Below, in pieces: positions 60,095 through 64,000 of a DNA stretch of 64,000 bases. The position numbers and the translations under genes were made by a program. The stretch's first letter is position 1; every line of letters begins with the position of its first letter. The stretch comes from Bacteroidaceae bacterium (GTDB taxonomy: Bacteria > Bacteroidota > Bacteroidia > Bacteroidales > Bacteroidaceae): the NCBI GenBank assembly GCA_016280855.1, contig JAEEHP010000105.1, forward strand, positions 19,100-83,099. Reading direction: 5' to 3'. The notes under the pieces are model-generated. The model did not search any database. It worked only from the letters and a program-made list of their open reading frames with translations, and was not told the DNA's origin.

Positions 60095-60201
60095 TCAAGC
60101 CCGCGCGACTGGTCGCAGTGCGCAATGCGACTGCTCGCTTGAAAGAAAAGCCTCACCCCCAAACCCCTCTCCAAAAGGCGCGCCCTACGCTACTCAACAT
60201 G

Positions 60202-61095
60202 CTATTTCCCCAGGAACTCGCTGGGAGTGAGGCCCGTAGTTCGCTTGAAGAGGCGAGTGAAATGATGGGGATAGTCGAAGCCGAGCAGCTGGGAGGTCTC
60301 GCTGATGTTGTGGCCGTTCATCAGCAGGCTCTTGGCTTGGTTGATGACGTATTTGTGGATATAGCCGATGGCTGTGCCGCCCGTGGTTTTTTTAATGATG
60401 TCGCCGAAGTAACGGGCGGAATAGGCCAGCTCGGAGGCGCAATAGGCTACGGTTGGCAGACCGCGCGTCAGCTGTCGGTTCTCGCGGAAATAGGTCTGCA
60501 GCAGGTTGTGGAAGCGTTTCAGAAGGTCGTTGGCACCTTTGTCCTCTTCGGAGAGCTGGCGCTGGTAGATGCGGTTGCAGTATTCGAGGATTAGGCGCAG
60601 ATAACCGAGCAGGATGTTCCTCAGCGATGGCGAATCGTCGTGTGCGATGAGTTCCTCTCTCATTTGTGCCACCAACTGTGTGATGCTGATCCATTCGTCG
60701 GGCTCCATCCGCAGCGAGTCCGCGAAGAAATACGAGAAGAACTGGTAGCGGTCGATCTGACGTTCCAGCTCATTGCCGTGCAGCAGTTCGGGTGACCACA
60801 TCAGCACCCATCCGCTGAGCGAGATGCGTTCGTCGTTGTCCTCCAGTCCGCCTATCTGTCCCGGCTCCACGGCGATGATGGAGCCGTCGCTCGCCTGCAG
60901 CGTCTTCATGCCGTAGGAGAGATCCTTGGGGAACTGCCGCTGGATGAACAGGCCATAGACGCCGTAGTTGTTCAGGCTATGACGAAAGGGCTGCAGCTCA
61001 TCGTAGTGAATGATGCAGACCAGCGGGTGCAGCACAGGCGCTTCCACGAACCGTGCGTAGTCGTTGGGGTTGTTAACTCTCAGAATCTTCTTCAT
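60202..61095 (-). CDS. AraC family transcriptional regulator
   Basis: 297 aa with an N-terminal cupin-like sensor and a C-terminal double HTH (...AYSARYFGDIIKKTTGGTAIGYI...LGFDYPHHFTRLFKRTTGLTPSEF). Confidence 0.85.
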   Translation of the reverse strand: MKKILRVNNPNDYARFVEAPVLHPLVCIIHYDELQPFRHSLNNYGVYGLFIQRQFPKDLSYGMKTLQASDGSIIAVEPGQIGGLEDNDERISLSGWVLMWSPELLHGNELERQIDRYQFFSYFFADSLRMEPDEWISITQLVAQMREELIAHDDSPSLRNILLGYLRLILEYCNRIYQRQLSEEDKGANDLLKRFHNLLQTYFRENRQLTRGLPTVAYCASELAYSARYFGDIIKKTTGGTAIGYIHKYVINQAKSLLMNGHNISETSQLLGFDYPHHFTRLFKRTTGLTPSEFLGK

Positions 61096-61102
61096 TGCGC
61101 GG

Positions 61103-61110
61103 CAAAGGTA
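61103..61110 (-). promoter_or_regulatory. -7 promoter box TACCTTTG 7 nt from the araC ATG (leaderless-type arrangement)
   Basis: Plus strand reads CAAAGGTA at 61103-61110; the start codon (CAT) is at 61093-61095. Confidence 0.45.
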
Positions 61111-61193
61111 AGAATAATTTATGATTGATGAATGATGAATGATGAAGTTTTTGTTTTTCTGAGACGTTTTGATTGCGATTCGGAAATAATCTT

Positions 61194-61201
61194 TACCTTT
61201 G
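61194..61201 (+). promoter_or_regulatory. -7 promoter box TACCTTTG (HUH-protein gene)
   Basis: TAnnTTTG match about 85 nt upstream of the ATG at 61286. Confidence 0.45.
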
Positions 61202-61285
61202 CAGACCGCAACGAGAAAAACAAGCCCTTTGTTATTTCAAAACGGCATTTCAATGTGGAATAAATAATTATATAGCATTGTGAAT

Positions 61286-62623
61286 ATGATGAGATCAGAC
61301 GGAGCGATGGACGAAAAGGAGAGAAAGTTGCAGGAGAAGCTGCGGTTCGCGGGCGAGAAGGTGCCTTCGATGAAGCGCCGGTCGGACCTTAACGACTACT
61401 ACGGGCGACATATCTACATGGTTACTATGGCTGTGGAGGGGCGTCGGTCGTTGCTGGGGCGGCTGGTGGGCGACGTGAAGGCTGGGTGCGATGGGGAGGA
61501 AGCACCGCGTGTGGTGCCGACGGCGTTGGGGCAGGAGGTGACGCGCTGTTGGGAGCTGATTCCTCATTTCCATCCGGAAGTGCGCCTGCTGGCTTTCCAG
61601 CTGATGCCCGACCACCTGCATGGCATCCTTTTTGTGCAAAAGGCTATGGAGGAACATCTGGGACAAGTGATCAGCGGCTTCAAGGCTGGGTGCAATAAGG
61701 CTTACAGGCGGATAGTGGGGGGAGTTGAGGCGGTGCCTCAACATACAAATAATGGTGCACCCCAACCGGCGGGTGCGTCCCAACCGGCAGGTATGCCTCA
61801 ACCAGCGGGTGCGCCTCAACCGGCAGGTGCACCTCGACAGGCAGGTGCGTCTCAACTCGCGTGTGCGCCTCAACCGGCAGGTACGGGGTTGCTTTCAGCG
61901 TATGAAGTGGCACCGCCACTTCCACTCCCTTCCGAGCATCGGCTGAAGAAGGATGACAGGGCCCATGGGCTGCTGTTTGAGCGCGGGTATAATGACCTGA
62001 TATCGAAGAGCTACGATATGCTGCCTCGCCTGACGGCCTACCTGCGCGACAACCCGCGCCGCCTGTGGCTGAAGAGCCGGCACCCAGATCTCTTCCGCCT
62101 GCACCGCCGCACGGAAGCCGCAGGCCTGCTGTTCACCTCCCTCGGCAATCATTTCCTGCTTGCCTGGCCCGAGGGGCAGGAGGTGGAATTGTCGCGTAGC
62201 GCTTCGAGCGCGCAGGTGCAGGGGCGGCTGCTGGCGGCGCTGGCGGCGGCTCACAATGGTGCGGTGACTTACACCGCCGCCATCAGCGAGGGCGAGAAGC
62301 TCATTGCCCGCACACTGCGCGAGCAGGGCTATCCGCTGGTGGTGCTTCTCAATGATGGTTTCCCCAAGGAGGGCTCGCCGCACGAACGCTACTACAAGCC
62401 CGGAGGCGTCTATTTCGAGGCGTGTTGCAGAGGACGGCTCCTGCTGCTGGAACCCGCCGAGCAGTCGTTCCTCGATGCCGGCATACGCGCGGCTGTCGAA
62501 GAGACCCTGCGTCGCAAGGCTGAGGCACGCCATTGGGCCTACACACCCATCCCCGTGACAAGCCAGCGTTATAGGTTCGTGGCGCTCAATGAGATGGCGA
62601 AGCGGTTGGCACAAGGCGAATAA
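61286..62623 (+). CDS. HUH/Y1 (IS200-like, RAYT-like) domain protein with internal (PQPAGA)7 repeat and unassigned C-terminal extension
   Basis: GRHIYMVTMAVEGRR; LMPDHLHGILFV (HUH); ISGFKAGCNKAYRR; LLFERGYNDLISKSYDMLPRLTAYLRDNPRRLW (Tyr motif region). The ORF track starts at GTG 61280; ATGs occur at 61286, 61289 and 61307. Confidence 0.6.
   Translation: MMRSDGAMDEKERKLQEKLRFAGEKVPSMKRRSDLNDYYGRHIYMVTMAVEGRRSLLGRLVGDVKAGCDGEEAPRVVPTALGQEVTRCWELIPHFHPEVRLLAFQLMPDHLHGILFVQKAMEEHLGQVISGFKAGCNKAYRRIVGGVEAVPQHTNNGAPQPAGASQPAGMPQPAGAPQPAGAPRQAGASQLACAPQPAGTGLLSAYEVAPPLPLPSEHRLKKDDRAHGLLFERGYNDLISKSYDMLPRLTAYLRDNPRRLWLKSRHPDLFRLHRRTEAAGLLFTSLGNHFLLAWPEGQEVELSRSASSAQVQGRLLAALAAAHNGAVTYTAAISEGEKLIARTLREQGYPLVVLLNDGFPKEGSPHERYYKPGGVYFEACCRGRLLLLEPAEQSFLDAGIRAAVEETLRRKAEARHWAYTPIPVTSQRYRFVALNEMAKRLAQGE
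61763..61888 (+). repeat. coding tandem repeat, 7 x 18 bp (CAACCGGCRGGTGCRCCT; PQPAGA)
   Basis: Units at 61763, 61781, 61799, 61817, 61835, 61853 and 61871, in frame within the HUH-protein gene. Confidence 0.9.
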
Positions 62624-62776
62624 AAGCTGCATTCTTGCGGCCGAGACGTTTCCGGCTGTCATGTAAGTGTTATTATTAGCCTAATAATGGTATTTATTTG
62701 ATGCTTTTTAATCGTTATCTGCGAATTTGGTATATAATCAGCCAATATATGTAACACCTATTTAGAAAGGAGTGCG

Positions 62777-62784
62777 TACCTTTG
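62777..62784 (+). promoter_or_regulatory. -7 promoter box TACCTTTG (flavodoxin-like gene)
   Basis: TAnnTTTG match 37 nt upstream of the ATG at 62821. Confidence 0.5.
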
Positions 62785-62820
62785 CAGCCAGAAACCAAAA
62801 CGTAAATAATGATAGGAGTT

Positions 62821-63933
62821 ATGAAACAGATTCTATTTATGCTTTCCGCGCTGCTGTTCTGCTGCTGTTCGTCGGACAGCGAGGTGAATGCCGTGGAGCC
62901 CGCTCAAGCCGGCAAGACGCTGGTGGTGTACTACAGCTACACGGGCAACTGCCGCGCTATTGTGAATACGCTAACCAGCCAGATTCAGGCTGATGTCGTT
63001 GAGATTCAGCCTGCTGAGAAGGGGCTGAAGTATGAGGCCAACGGCTATGCATTAGGTACTCAATTGTTGAATGCTATCCAGGCGAATCCCAACGACCTCA
63101 GCAGCTATCCCGCCATCGACCCCGTGGAGACCTCGCTCGGCGACTACGAGAACATCATCATCGTGACGCCGCTGTGGTGGAGCCAGATGGCAGCCATCAT
63201 GCAGACCTATCTGTTCCAGAGTGCCTCTGCGATGGCTGGCAAACACGTGGCGATGATTGTGTCGAGCCATTCGAGCGGCATCAGCGGAGTGGTCAGTGAT
63301 GCCCGCAGATTGTTGCCAGAGGTGACGTGGATGGGCGATGCCCTTTGGATCAATGCCAGCAACCATGCGAACCGCCTTTCGTTGATTGAGGCGTGGCTCA
63401 AGAATTTGAATTTCGCTGAAGGACAAACGACTATGGAAAAAATGTACATCACCATCGGCGGACAGACGCAGAGCGTGACGCTCGTCGATAATGCCGCCAC
63501 ACGGGCTCTGGTCGAGAAACTGAAGCAGGCACCTGTCACCGTGACGCTCAATAGCAGCGGCGGCTTTGAGATCTGGGGAGCCTTAGGCTTCTCGCTGCCC
63601 ACCAGCAACCAGCAGACGACGGCCGAGGCAGGCGACGTCATCCTTTACAACGGCAGCAATATCTGCCTTTTCTATGGCTCTAATTCATGGAGCTACACGC
63701 GATTAGGCAAGATTGACGACCTGTCGGGGAGTGAGCTGCAAAGCTTCCTGAAGGCTGGAGAGAGCAATATCAACGTGAGGCTGGCGCTGGATAATATGAC
63801 GAGCATAAGAGCGAGCCTAACCCCCGACCCCTCTCTAAAGGGCGAGGGGAGTATATACTCCATGAATGGGCAGAGGGTGAAGAATCCGACGAAGGGGATT
63901 TATGTTAAAGACGGCAAAAAGATAGCATTATAG
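62821..63933 (+). CDS. flavodoxin-like plus cyclophilin-like two-domain lipoprotein with T9SS-like tail
   Basis: Signal with Cys run (LLFCCCSS). Flavodoxin-like KTLVVYYSYTGNCRAI...IIIVTPLWWSQM. Second domain MYITIGGQTQSVTLVDNAATRALVEKL...GDVILYNGSNICLFYG (cyclophilin-like family). Tail IYSMNGQRVKNPTKGIYVKDGKKIAL. Confidence 0.6.
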   Translation: MKQILFMLSALLFCCCSSDSEVNAVEPAQAGKTLVVYYSYTGNCRAIVNTLTSQIQADVVEIQPAEKGLKYEANGYALGTQLLNAIQANPNDLSSYPAIDPVETSLGDYENIIIVTPLWWSQMAAIMQTYLFQSASAMAGKHVAMIVSSHSSGISGVVSDARRLLPEVTWMGDALWINASNHANRLSLIEAWLKNLNFAEGQTTMEKMYITIGGQTQSVTLVDNAATRALVEKLKQAPVTVTLNSSGGFEIWGALGFSLPTSNQQTTAEAGDVILYNGSNICLFYGSNSWSYTRLGKIDDLSGSELQSFLKAGESNINVRLALDNMTSIRASLTPDPSLKGEGSIYSMNGQRVKNPTKGIYVKDGKKIAL

Positions 63934-63974
63934 AAAATCTAGAGGATCTAGAAAATCAAAATACCATCCGACTT

Positions 63975-64000
63975 ATGAAAAGAGTTATTGTTATTTCTAC
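63975..64000 (+). CDS. start of an unidentified gene (MKRVIVIS..., truncated by the window edge)
   Basis: An ATG at 63975 followed by open frame to the edge. Too short to identify. Confidence 0.25.

Noticed and set aside
61161-62655. Shared 9-mer GAGACGTTT upstream (about 61163) and downstream (about 62643) of the HUH-protein gene, as possible element ends or a target duplication.
   Set aside because: A single 9-mer match between two ~200-bp flanks is close to chance expectation. There is no adjacent hairpin or extended similarity, so it is not evidence for a transposon boundary.

Overview
This is a 64 kb chromosomal segment that looks like Bacteroidota, most likely a GC-rich member of the Prevotellaceae. 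The evidence is threefold: TAnnTTTG (-7 type) promoter boxes sit in front of many genes, there are no Shine-Dalgarno sequences, and the content includes T9SS-type C-terminal tails, DUF48xx/DUF49xx lipoproteins and C10 proteases.

I call about 58 protein genes and one tRNA-His.
- Housekeeping: secG, lptE-like, a sigma-54 activator, pdxA, rlmN, menA, holA, pyrK/pyrD, rlmH, recN, coaBC, dnaN, an AddAB-like pair, cdd and ettA.
- Accessory: two paralogous C10 (streptopain/interpain-like) cysteine proteases, a YafQ-type toxin-antitoxin pair, GH115/GH29/GH2/GH25 enzymes, a GxGYxYP/discoidin protein, and a PAP2 phosphatase with a beta-rich tail.

No rRNA, CRISPR array, prophage or complete IS element is visible.

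The unusual signal is in the non-coding architecture, not in a classical gene cluster.
1. A lone HUH/Y1 (RAYT-like, IS200-type fold) protein is split by a (PQPAGA)7 tandem repeat and carries an unassigned extension of about 180 aa.
2. Two composite elements share one design: low-complexity inverted-repeat arms around an almost pure A/T core. One of them abuts a truncated AraC gene and contains a perfect 34-bp palindrome.
3. At least six tandem arrays of unrelated sequence all have an exact 22-bp period. Two of them share a 12-bp core in opposite orientation, 27 kb apart.
4. A perfect 29-bp inverted repeat brackets a two-gene operon, which predicts pairing between its 5'UTR and 3'UTR.
5. Heptamer word repeats form G-free leaders directly upstream of start codons.
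6. The same repeat families appear in frame inside coding regions, in signal peptides, in linkers before the C-terminal tail, and in a GH2 surface loop.

All motif coordinates were counted by hand and may be off by 1-2 nt. All family assignments rest on remembered motifs, not on searches.
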